From NCBI GenBank assembly GCA_964476235.1, contig CAYYZZ010000002.1:1-39663 (forward strand): a DNA stretch of 39,663 nt, in the 5' to 3' direction. This DNA comes from an uncultured Streptomycetaceae bacterium. GTDB taxonomy: Bacteria > Pseudomonadota > Gammaproteobacteria > Burkholderiales > SG8-41. Numbering within the stretch: the stretch's first letter is position 1; the number at the start of each line of letters is the position of its first letter. Below are positions 26,554 to 35,500 of this stretch, piece after piece. The position numbers and the translations under genes were made by a program. The notes below the pieces were generated by a model that searched no databases, was not told the DNA's origin, and saw only the letters and a list, made by a program, of their open reading frames with translations.

Positions 26554-28509
26554 TCAGGCGCTGAAACGCCGGACCCGTTGCTGAAATTCAGCCAGTGCCG
26601 CGGCGCCGGATTCGGCGCCGTATCGCAACGCGATGTAGAGCCGGATGATGGCGGAGACGGCAGGCGTGAGTTCGGGCCGCGCTGTTTCCACCCGGCGCGC
26701 ATAGTCCACGGGGCCTTCCGTGGGGCCGCGCGGGAGCCCCTTGCGGCGCAGCTTGTCGCAAAACCGCAGGTACGCGGCCTTGACCGGGTCGCGCACCCGG
26801 CTCTTCAACTGGCGCAGCGCGAGTGCGACTAACACGACGACGATCACTCCTCCCAGCAGGAAGAGCATTGCCGTGAGCTTCTGCCAGGTGGCGTTATCGA
26901 TGCCGACGCGGGACAGCAGCCACATCTGCCGCTCCGGGGTGTAGCCCAGCACCCACTGGTTCCAGGAGTTGGCCATGAAGTCCCAGCTCAATCGCAACTG
27001 GAGCATCCACTCGAAGTCGCCGCGCACCATCATGGGCAGGGCATCGCTGCGCGGCACCGCGGCGGAGATGCCCGATTCCACCCGTAATGGCGAGACCGCG
27101 GAAGTCGGATCGATGCGTACCCACCCCCGGTCCTTCAGCCAGACTTCGGTCCAGGCGTGGGCATCCGCCTGGCGCACGATGAGGTAATTCCCGAAATCAT
27201 TGATTTGCCCGCCCTGGTATCCGGTCACGATGCGCGTGGGGATTCCCGCCCCCCGCATCAGCACCGCGAAGGCGGACGCATAGTGCTCGCAGAAACCGGC
27301 GCGCGTCTTGAACAGGAACTCGTCCACCGGATGATCCCCGAGCAGGGGGGGTTCGATGGTGTAGAAGAAATCCTGGCCGCGGAACATCTGCAGGACTGCC
27401 TGCGCGAGAGCCATATCGTCGGGGTGCTTCTCGCGCAACGTACGCGAGAGTTCCCGGGCCTGCGGGTTGGAGCCGTCGGGCAGCTGCAATGCGCGGCGCA
27501 TCGCAAAGCGGTTCTCCTCCAGCCCGTAGCTGGCATTCAGATAGGACAGCATGTCGTAGCGGGTCCGCTTACTAACCGGCTGGTTGGAAAAGAGGTGGAA
27601 ATCGCCGCCCATGAAGGCCGTTGGAGGCACTACACCGGGCACGTCGAGCGCGAACAGCCAACGCTTGTTGTGCGGCTCGAGCGTGATTTCATACTCAACC
27701 GCCTCGCCCGATACCTCGACTTTGGGCACGTTGTAGAAGAAACGCGGTACTTTCCAGGTACGGCCGTCGAAATCCCACATCACCGGGCCGCGCCAGTAGA
27801 GGTGTCTCAAGCGGGGGATGGGCAACTCGAACTTCACGCGGAAGGCGACCTCGTCGGACAAGGTAAGCCTGGAAAGGCTGCCGGGCGTCATGGTGTCGGA
27901 CAGGCCGCTCACGCCGCTGAAGGCGTCCTGGGGCAGGCCCCACAGCGGCCCGGGGACACGGGGAAAGAGCAGGAACAGCACCAGCATCAGCGGCACGGAC
28001 TGGGCGAGCAGCACGCCCGCCTGGCGCAGTTGAACGCGGAACGGGGGCTCGGTGCGCGCGTAATTCAGGCTGATCATGGTCGCGGTGATGACCAGGGTGC
28101 AGGCGAGCATGTAGAACGCGGTGGGGATGGTCTGGTCGCGCAGGAAATTGGTGATCACCAGGAAATAGCCGAGGAAGATCAGCAGCACCGCATCGCGCAG
28201 CGTGCGGGTCTCGAGGAACTTCAGCCCGAGCATGATCACGAGCAACGCCACCCCCGCATCGCGCCCGACGATGGTCCGGTAGCTGATGAAGACGCCGAGG
28301 GTCGCGCCCGCGGCGATAAGGAACAGCAGCCAGCGGTTCGGCATCGCGAGGCGGGCGTATCCCAGATAGGCACGCCATGCGATGAGGGTGGATACCAGCG
28401 CGATCGCCCACCACGGCAGATAGTAGGCATGCGGTGCCGCTACCATCGTCAGCGACAGCAGCAGGTACACCACATGGCGCCAGGCGACAGACTGTTTCGG
28501 ATCAGTCAT
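26554..28509 (-). CDS. Transglutaminase-like membrane protein (DUF3488-TGase core-DUF4129 architecture, TgpA-like)
   Basis: 651 aa from ATG 28509. The N-terminal region is polytopic. The Cys-His-Asp triad context is present (GFCEHYASAF, DAHAWTEVW, WVRIDPT), and there is a C-terminal TM helix plus tail. Confidence 0.88.
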   Translation of the reverse strand: MTDPKQSVAWRHVVYLLLSLTMVAAPHAYYLPWWAIALVSTLIAWRAYLGYARLAMPNRWLLFLIAAGATLGVFISYRTIVGRDAGVALLVIMLGLKFLETRTLRDAVLLIFLGYFLVITNFLRDQTIPTAFYMLACTLVITATMISLNYARTEPPFRVQLRQAGVLLAQSVPLMLVLFLLFPRVPGPLWGLPQDAFSGVSGLSDTMTPGSLSRLTLSDEVAFRVKFELPIPRLRHLYWRGPVMWDFDGRTWKVPRFFYNVPKVEVSGEAVEYEITLEPHNKRWLFALDVPGVVPPTAFMGGDFHLFSNQPVSKRTRYDMLSYLNASYGLEENRFAMRRALQLPDGSNPQARELSRTLREKHPDDMALAQAVLQMFRGQDFFYTIEPPLLGDHPVDEFLFKTRAGFCEHYASAFAVLMRGAGIPTRIVTGYQGGQINDFGNYLIVRQADAHAWTEVWLKDRGWVRIDPTSAVSPLRVESGISAAVPRSDALPMMVRGDFEWMLQLRLSWDFMANSWNQWVLGYTPERQMWLLSRVGIDNATWQKLTAMLFLLGGVIVVVLVALALRQLKSRVRDPVKAAYLRFCDKLRRKGLPRGPTEGPVDYARRVETARPELTPAVSAIIRLYIALRYGAESGAAALAEFQQRVRRFSA

Positions 28510-28519
28510 GTGAGAGACC

Positions 28520-28623
28520 CGTGATTCGTGAATCGTGAATCGTGAGTCGTGGTTCGACCCAACCAGGGTGTCAGAGGATTGTTTGCAAGAGCTCGATTCA
28601 CGACTCACCCATCACGACTCACG
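28520..28623. repeat. Heptad-periodic inverted repeat (GTGAWTC subfamily) inside the MoxR operon
   Basis: Left arm CGTGATTCGTGAATCGTGAATCGTGAGTCGTGGTTCGA (28520-28557). Right arm TCGATTCACGACTCACCCATCACGACTCACG (28593-28623). The right arm encodes the DUF58 C-terminal RES* and its stop. Confidence 0.92.
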
Positions 28624-29577
28624 CTCCTGATCGAAAAGCGCAAGGGCTTCCAGGCAGTGTTCCCGCTGCGCTTCGCCGGCCGCCAGGTCTACCGTCTTGC
28701 CCGGTAGCCGCAGGCCGTAGGAAATCCCGGCGGCATGCGCGTCGAGCACCCAGCGCGCCAAGTGGGACAGGCGTTCCTCCACGCCCATTTGCGGGGGCAA
28801 CTGAGTCCAGTCGAGCCACAGCTCGGTGTCGGCACGCCCGCTGAACTGCTTGGTGAGCAGCCCCTGGTCCCGGGCGGCCGCCTTCCACGCGATATGGCGC
28901 GGCGAATCGCCCACGTGGTACTGGCGCAGGCCGGAAAAATCCTCCTGCCCCCGCCCGTGCTCGCCGCCGGCGCCGGCGCTCGCTGCCGCGGGCGGCAGCG
29001 GCATCCCCGGGAATGCCGGGCGGGGATAGACGAGGCAGCGCATGTCGAACTCGAGGTAGGACCAGGCGTAGTAGAGGCCGAGCGGGAAGCGGGTAAACAA
29101 GGTCAACCGGCCCGGATGGAATACGCCGCGGCGCGGTGCGGGGATTCCAATCGACGCCGGAACGATCGCTCGCGCCGGCACGTCGACGAATGTCGCTTCC
29201 CGCTTGTCCTGGGTGAGGCCGATGGCGTAGCGGACGGTATCGCTGCTGTTTTCCAGGTGCACTACAAATTGCGCGATGTCGCCGGCGAACACGGGATGCG
29301 AGCGGCCGGCCGTCACCCTGAGGTTCGCCAGGTTGCGGAAAGTATGGATCATGGCGTTCACGCCCAGCGCGGCCAGCAGAAAAGTGAGCACGAAGCCCAG
29401 GCCCAGCGCGTAATTGATCGAGCCGGTGAGCATGACCAGCAGCACCACGGCGAACAGCAGGCCCTGGCGCGTGGGCAGGATGAAAACCCGCCGCTGTACC
29501 AGCACGATCACGCCGCTTTCCCGGCCGTGTGGCTGAAACAGCCAGTTGGTGAAGCGGTTCTTGAGGGCGGCGTACAT
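28612..29577 (-). CDS. DUF58-domain protein (MoxR-associated, vWA-like)
   Basis: 321 aa with two N-terminal TM helices, then FSGLRQYHVGDSPRHIAWKA, the typical DUF58 motif. Confidence 0.88.
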   Translation of the reverse strand: MYAALKNRFTNWLFQPHGRESGVIVLVQRRVFILPTRQGLLFAVVLLVMLTGSINYALGLGFVLTFLLAALGVNAMIHTFRNLANLRVTAGRSHPVFAGDIAQFVVHLENSSDTVRYAIGLTQDKREATFVDVPARAIVPASIGIPAPRRGVFHPGRLTLFTRFPLGLYYAWSYLEFDMRCLVYPRPAFPGMPLPPAAASAGAGGEHGRGQEDFSGLRQYHVGDSPRHIAWKAAARDQGLLTKQFSGRADTELWLDWTQLPPQMGVEERLSHLARWVLDAHAAGISYGLRLPGKTVDLAAGEAQREHCLEALALFDQERES

Positions 29578-29585
29578 CGACGATC

Positions 29586-29686
29586 AGGATTGAGGATTGA
29601 GCAATTAGGATTGAGTGGGCACTCTATAGCTGCGTTTTTTCGAATAGCGGTTTTCCCTCATTCCTCAGTCCTCAATGCTCAATCCT
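29586..29686. repeat. Heptad-periodic inverted repeat (AGGATTG subfamily) inside the MoxR operon
   Basis: Left arm AGGATTGAGGATTGAGCAATTAGGATTGAGTGGG (29586-29619). Right arm CCCTCATTCCTCAGTCCTCAATGCTCAATCCT (29655-29686). Confidence 0.92.
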
Positions 29687-30638
29687 AGGGGATCGCGACC
29701 TGCTTGATGAGTTGCTGCGCCACGTCGGCGCCATTGGCCTTGGTCACTTCTCCGGCGGGGACCAGGCGATGGCCGACAACCACGGGCAGCACGGCCTGCA
29801 CGTCCTCGGGCACGACGTGGCCGCGTCCCGCCATCAAGGCCCAGGCGCGGGCGGCGCGCAGCAGTGCGAGCGCGGCCCGCGGCGACAGCCCGTTGACGTA
29901 GTCCGCCGAGCGCCGGGTATGGTCTGCCAGCGCCTGCACGTAGTCGAGCAGGGCATTCGAGGCGTGGATCTGCTGCGCGCTGTGCTGAAGGGCTGCCAGT
30001 TCCTGCGGATTCATGGCGGGCTTAAGCATCGCGAGCAGATCGCGCCGGTCCTCGCCCTGCAACAGCGCGCGTTCCGCCTCTCCGTCCGGATAACCCAGAT
30101 GTATGCGCATGAGGAAGCGGTCGAGCTGCGACTCGGGCAGCGGGAACGTGCCCACCTGGTAGGAGGGATTCTGCGTGGCGATCACGAAGAACGGCTCGGG
30201 CAGGCGCCGCGTCTCTCCCTCGGTCGTCACCTGGTGCTCCTCCATCGCCTCGAGCAGCGCGCTCTGCGCCTTGGGCGTCGCCCGGTTGACTTCGTCGGCC
30301 AGCACGACCTGGCTGAAGATCGGGCCGGCGTGGAACTGGAAGCCGCCGGTGTCCCGGTTGTAGATGGAGACCCCGATGATGTCGGCGGGAAGGAGATCGC
30401 TGGTGAACTGGATGCGCTGGAATGCCAGCCCGAGCGAGGTCGCCAGCGCGTGCGCCAGCGTGGTCTTTCCCACGCCCGGAATGTCCTCGATCAGCAGGTG
30501 GCCGCGCGCGAGCAGGCAGGCGATCGCGAGCCGGATCTGGCTTTCCTTGCCGAGGATGATGCCGCCGACCTGTGCGACGACCTTTTCGATGTGCTGAGTC
30601 ATGTTGCGCGGAACCGGATGTTGCACCGAGTTTGCCAT
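29685..30638 (-). CDS. MoxR-family AAA+ ATPase
   Basis: Walker A GVGKTT, Walker B VVLADEVNR and PEAQLDRF-like ESQLDRF. Start is ATG 30638, with ATG 30602 as an alternative. Confidence 0.93.
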   Translation of the reverse strand: MANSVQHPVPRNMTQHIEKVVAQVGGIILGKESQIRLAIACLLARGHLLIEDIPGVGKTTLAHALATSLGLAFQRIQFTSDLLPADIIGVSIYNRDTGGFQFHAGPIFSQVVLADEVNRATPKAQSALLEAMEEHQVTTEGETRRLPEPFFVIATQNPSYQVGTFPLPESQLDRFLMRIHLGYPDGEAERALLQGEDRRDLLAMLKPAMNPQELAALQHSAQQIHASNALLDYVQALADHTRRSADYVNGLSPRAALALLRAARAWALMAGRGHVVPEDVQAVLPVVVGHRLVPAGEVTKANGADVAQQLIKQVAIP

Positions 30639-30695
30639 ATACCGCGGGTTTAGTCCTGTATCCGGTACCAAGTCGAGCCTCCATTAAAGAGTGGA

Positions 30696-30745
30696 AATGA
30701 GGGGACACGTCCCCTCATGCTCCCCTGCATCAGGGGCCGTTTCGA
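30696..30745. repeat. Dispersed ~50-nt repeat, copy 2 (AATGAGGGGACACGTCCCCTCATGCTCCCCTGCATCAGGGGCCGTTTCGA)
   Basis: Matches 17709-17757. It contains the palindrome ATGAGGGGAC-AC-GTCCCCTCAT and is followed by the 9-bp hairpin GGCCGTTTC/GAAACGGCC. It probably doubles as the GNAT-gene terminator on the minus strand. Confidence 0.8.
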
Positions 30746-30763
30746 TCATACTGAAACGGCCTC

Positions 30764-31291
30764 TTACAAATTAATTTCCACGCGCATGATGCGCGGGTCC
30801 TGCTCGTCGAAATGCGCGCTGAGGCCCACCCTCGCCATGAGCTGAAGCATCTTGTGGTTGCTCGTCAGCACTTCGCCGTACATGACGTGTATGCCCGAAG
30901 CGCGGGCGGCCGCCATCAACGCCTGCATCAACCGCGTGCCGAGGCCTTTCTGCTGCCAGGCGTCGGCGACCACGATCGCGAATTCGCAGCGCCGGCGATC
31001 GTCATCCGCGACGTAGCGCGCCACCGCGATCTGGGTCTCCCTGCCGTCCCGGGCGGTCACGACGATCAGCGCCATGTGGCGGTCGTAATCCACCTGGGTG
31101 AAATGCGAAAGCATTTTCGGCGATAGCTCCCGCACGGTGTCCATGAACCGGTAATAGCGCGACTCACCCGAAAGATTTCGCACGAATTCCTGCTCGATCT
31201 CCGCGTCTTCCGGGCGTATGGGGCGGATCGTGACCGGGGTGCCGTCCTTCAGCGTCAGCCTTTGGACAAGATGAGCGGGATAGGGTTGCAT
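30764..31291 (-). CDS. GNAT-family N-acetyltransferase (resembles the C-terminal GNAT module of Pat-type protein lysine acetyltransferases)
   Basis: 175 aa. Acetyl-CoA motif QQKGLGTRLM, and IRPIRPEDAEIEQEFVRNLS.ESRYYRF is typical of Pat-like GNAT domains. Confidence 0.85.
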   Translation of the reverse strand: MQPYPAHLVQRLTLKDGTPVTIRPIRPEDAEIEQEFVRNLSGESRYYRFMDTVRELSPKMLSHFTQVDYDRHMALIVVTARDGRETQIAVARYVADDDRRRCEFAIVVADAWQQKGLGTRLMQALMAAARASGIHVMYGEVLTSNHKMLQLMARVGLSAHFDEQDPRIMRVEINL

Positions 31292-31385
31292 GAAGAATGC
31301 GGTAAATACGCCCGGCGCGGCGCGGTGGATACAGGGCGAACATTATAATGATGATTAAAGCCGGATGCTGTGCACCGGTTTAATT

Positions 31386-31424
31386 CCGCGCGTTCGAACG
31401 GACGATGCGGCGCCGTTCAACGCG
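31386..31424. repeat. Dispersed hairpin repeat CCGCGCGTTCGAACGG...CCGTTCAACGCG (copy 2)
   Basis: Same arms as 10086-10158, but with only a short loop. Confidence 0.85.
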
Positions 31425-31523
31425 TGGATGAGGAATGATAAATTATGAGTGACTACGCTTGACTAGGCGTAGCACGTCGTTTCCCATTCCGCATTCATCA
31501 TTCATCATTCATCATTCAACATT
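31425..31523. repeat. Heptad-periodic inverted repeat (GAATGAT/CATTCAT subfamily) in the GNAT/HDAC divergent spacer
   Basis: Left arm TGGATGAGGAATGATAAATTATGAGTGAC (31425-31453). Right arm CATTCCGCATTCATCATTCATCATTCATCATTCAACATT (31485-31523). The loop contains the hairpin CTACGC/GCGTAG. Confidence 0.9.
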
Positions 31524-31532
31524 AAACCGTCC

Positions 31533-32456
31533 ATGACGATCGCCTACATCACTCATCCCGACTGCCTGTTGCACGACATGGGGGCGGGCCATCCCGAGTG
31601 CCCGGCAAGGTTGCGAGCGATCGAGGACCAGTTGATCGCCTCGGGACTGATCAATTATTTGCAGCACGTCGAGGCGCCACTGGCCGGGCGCGAGCAGCTA
31701 GAACGGGTGCACGATCCGGCTTACATTGCCGCGCTGGAAGCGGCGGCGCCGGAAAAAGGGCTCACCCATCTCGACCCTGACACCGCGATGAATCCGCACA
31801 CGCTCGCCGCCGCTCTGCGCGCGGCGGGGGCGGCGGTATTGGCGACCGACAGGGTGATCAAGGGCGGGGTTGACGCCGCGTTTTGCAACGTGCGTCCTCC
31901 CGGGCATCACGCCGAGCGTTCCCGTGCCATGGGCTTCTGCCTGTTCAACAACGTTGCCATCGCGGCGGCGCACGCGCTCGAAGCGCATGGCCTGAAGCGG
32001 GTCGCTATCGTGGATTTCGACGTGCATCACGGCAATGGCACCGAGGATATCTTTCACGACGACGGACGCGTGATGATGGTTTCCACTTTCCAGCACCCGT
32101 TTTATCCGTACAGCGGGGTAGAGGGACGATCCGGCCGCATGGTGAACATCCCGCTCGCTGCTCGCAGCGGTGGACGGGAGTTCCGCGCGGCGGTCGAGCA
32201 GTACTGGCTACCGGCGCTGGAGGCGTTCAGGCCGGAGATGCTGTTCATCTCGGCCGGGTTCGACGCGCATTGCGACGACGATATGGCGATGCTCAACCTG
32301 GTGGAAGCCGATTACGCGTGGGTGACGGAAAAGATCAAGGCGGTCGCGGAGCGTCATGCTGGCGGCCGCATGGTCGCGGTACTCGAGGGCGGTTATGACC
32401 TGCATGCGCTGGGCCGCAGCGTTGCAGCACACATCAAGGTCATGGGCGGGCTGTAA
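31533..32456 (+). CDS. Histone deacetylase-family (class II HDAC/HDAH/AcuC-like) Zn-dependent deacetylase
   Basis: 307 aa with RPPGHHA, DFDVHHGNGTE and LEGGY motifs intact. Confidence 0.92.
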   Translation: MTIAYITHPDCLLHDMGAGHPECPARLRAIEDQLIASGLINYLQHVEAPLAGREQLERVHDPAYIAALEAAAPEKGLTHLDPDTAMNPHTLAAALRAAGAAVLATDRVIKGGVDAAFCNVRPPGHHAERSRAMGFCLFNNVAIAAAHALEAHGLKRVAIVDFDVHHGNGTEDIFHDDGRVMMVSTFQHPFYPYSGVEGRSGRMVNIPLAARSGGREFRAAVEQYWLPALEAFRPEMLFISAGFDAHCDDDMAMLNLVEADYAWVTEKIKAVAERHAGGRMVAVLEGGYDLHALGRSVAAHIKVMGGL

Positions 32457-32580
32457 TGCAGGCTTTCACCAGAAACAACACTCCGTAGGCATTTTAGGCG
32501 GTAAGGCTCGGTATCTTTGCGCTTTTTTGGCAAGAGGAGTAGCTTAGGTAGCGGCAGCTCGTCAGTGTGAGGAGGAAGGG

Positions 32581-35500
32581 GTGGCCAGACCATCGCCAAG
32601 GGTAAACGAGAAAACAGTGCGCAAGGTGGAGCGCCAGAAGCCCAAGAGAGCTTGGACGCTGGCGCAAGGCCGGGATATTGCCGAGCGCAGTCGTATCTGG
32701 CAGGCGCTGCTCGAGAGCGAAGACCGCTACCGGGCGACGTTCGATTGCGCGCCCGTCGGCATCATGCACACCAGCGTGGACTCCGACAGGATCCTGCACG
32801 CCAACCCCAAGCTGTCCGAGATGCTGGGCTACACCGAGAACGAGCTGCTCGGGATGACGACCGATGACATCCTCCATCCTGACCACGCAGGCGCGGACCG
32901 TCCCAGATACCGGGAGAAGATGCTGTCGGGGGAACTGGACTCGTTTTCGTCGCAGCGCAAGTATATCCGCAAAGACAGCTCCGTCATATGGGTCAACCGC
33001 ATGGTGTATCTGGCGCGGGACCCGCTCGGCAAGCCCCTTTACTTCATTCGTATCGTCGAGGATATCACCGGGCGTAAGCAGGCCGAAGCCAACCTGAAGC
33101 GGCTTGCACGCGCGCGACACGTCATGGCCGAGTGCAGCCGCGTGCTGGTCCACGCCAGCGATGAAACCGCAATGCTGCAGGAGATGTGCCGCGTCGCGGT
33201 AGGGTCCGGCGGCTACAAGATGGCATGGGTGGGACTTGCCACCGGCGATCCCGCGCGCCCGGTGTATCCGGCGGCGCACGCCGGGTTCGAGGGCGATGCG
33301 CCCATGACCGCATCCGCCGCCTGGAGCGCGGACGGGCGCTATCAGGGTTTCATGCACGAGGTGATCGCGACCGGCAATCCGCACATCGCGCGCGACATAC
33401 TCAGGGATCCAGCGCTCGCGCATCGTCGCGCCCGCGCGGTGCAGCATGGCTTCCAGTCCTCGATCGCGCTGCCGCTGGAAGGCAGGGGTGCGATCCTCGG
33501 CGCTATTGCCATCTACGCGCGCGAGGCCGACGCGTTCGACGAGGAGGAAATCGCCCTCCTGACCGAGCTGGCCAGCGACATCGCTTACGGCATCGTCAAT
33601 CTGCGCACTCGCATCGCGCGGGAGCAGGCGGAAGAGCGGTCCAGGGAGACCGAAAGGCGCTTCCGCGAGACCTTCGAGCAGGCGGCAGTTGGCCTCACCC
33701 GCGTCGATCTCAATGGCGTGCTGGTGGACTTCAACCAGAAGTTCTGCGACATGCTGGGCTATTCGCGGGAAGAGCTGCTCGGCAAGGCCATCAAGGACAT
33801 CACTCACCCGGACGACTACGGGCAGGGCTCGCAGTTCCGCGCGCACCTCGTGAACGGCGTCGCGAAGTCGCAGGCCGGCGAGAAGCGCTTCATGCGCAAG
33901 GACGGCACCGTGTTGTGGGCGCAGCGCACCATGTCCATGGCCTGCGACGCGGCGGGCAGGCCGCAATACGTGATCAGCGTGGTCGAGGACATCACCGAGC
34001 GCAAGGAAGCCGAGGCCGAACGCGCGCGGCTCGCGATGATCGTCGAGAATGCCGGTGACGCGATCATCGGGCGCGCGCTGGACGGAACCATCACGTCGTG
34101 GAACGCGGCCGCGGAGCGGATGTTCGGCTATTCCGAGAGCGAAATGATCGGCCAGTCGATCGCCATCCTCGTGCCGGAACAACACCGCCATCTGACGGAC
34201 AACAACGAGCGGCTGCGGCGCGGTGAAATGATACCGGTGAGCGAGAGGATACGCGTCACCAAGGACGGTCGCATCATCCATGTGCAGTCCGGCATTTCGC
34301 CGATCAAGAACGAGGCTGGAGAAGTCATCGGTGCCGCCGTCATCGTTCGCGACATCACCGAGCGCAAGCGTGCCGAGGAGTCGGTCGTCCGCGAGCGGGC
34401 GCTGCTGCGCACGATCATCGACACCGTCCCCGATTACATCTACGTCAAGGACGCGGAGGGACGGTTCAGCCTCGCCAACAAGGCGTGGTTGAAGGAGCGC
34501 AACCTGAGCGACGAGACCATTGCCGGAAAGACCGTGTTCGATGTCTTCCCGGCCGAGCTGGCCGAAAGGATGGCCGACCAGGACGTGGGCGTTATGAGGA
34601 CGGGGGTCCCCATATTGGATTTCGAGCAGAGAGTGATCGTCAAGAGGCCGGAAGGGGGGCGTTCTCAGCCGCGGTGGTTTTCCATTACCAAAGTGCCGAT
34701 GGTCGACGCGTCGGACAAGATCATCGGCACGGTTGGCACCAGCCGCGACATCACGGAACGCAAGCTGTCGGCGCAACGCCGCGAGATGGAGCACGCGATT
34801 GCGAGTGCCCTGGCTGAAGCGACGACGGTCGGAGAGGCGCTTCCCAAGGTCATCCAGACGATCTGCGAGGGGCTGGATTGGGACTGCGGGTTCCACTGGA
34901 GCTGGAACAAACCCTCAGAGCTGCTGCGGTGCCGGGAACACTGGTATCGGCACGCGGACGCGATGGACGATTTCGTGCAAGCCTCGCTGGGCATGGTTAA
35001 CGAGGCGCCCGCCGTAGTCTCCACTACGCCAAGTGGAGGTCTGGTGAGGCGGGTATGGGCCAGTGCGACGCCCGTATGGCTGCCCGATGTCGCGAGCATG
35101 CCGGATTTTCGGCGCGCGCCGGCTGCGATGCGCGCTGATTTGCACGGGACGTTCGCTTTCCCGATCATGATGGAAGGGCGTCCCTGGGGGGTCATGGAAT
35201 TCTTCAGCCACGAGATCCGGGAACCGGGTGAGGCGCTCCTGCAGATCGTGCGGGCGATCGGCAGCCAGATAGGACAGTTCATCCGGCGCAAGGAAACCGA
35301 GCAGGCGCTGCGCGAGAGCGAGGAACAGTTCCGCCAGCTCGCCGGCAACATTCCGCAGGTCTTCTGGATCACCGACACCGCCCAGCGGCAGACGCTGTAC
35401 GTCAGTTCCGCGGCGGAAGCCATGCTGGGGCGGCCGCTGCAGGACATCCTCTCCGACCGCCGGGCGTTGATCCGGGCGGTGCACAAGGAGGACCGGGCGC

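Noticed and set aside
32494-34896. 800-aa minus-strand ORF antisense to the PAS/GAF sensor, plus further overlapping ORFs up to 37113
   Set aside because: The plus-strand frame shows repeated PAS, GGDEF and EAL motifs. The antisense frames are R/A/D/H/L-rich without motifs.
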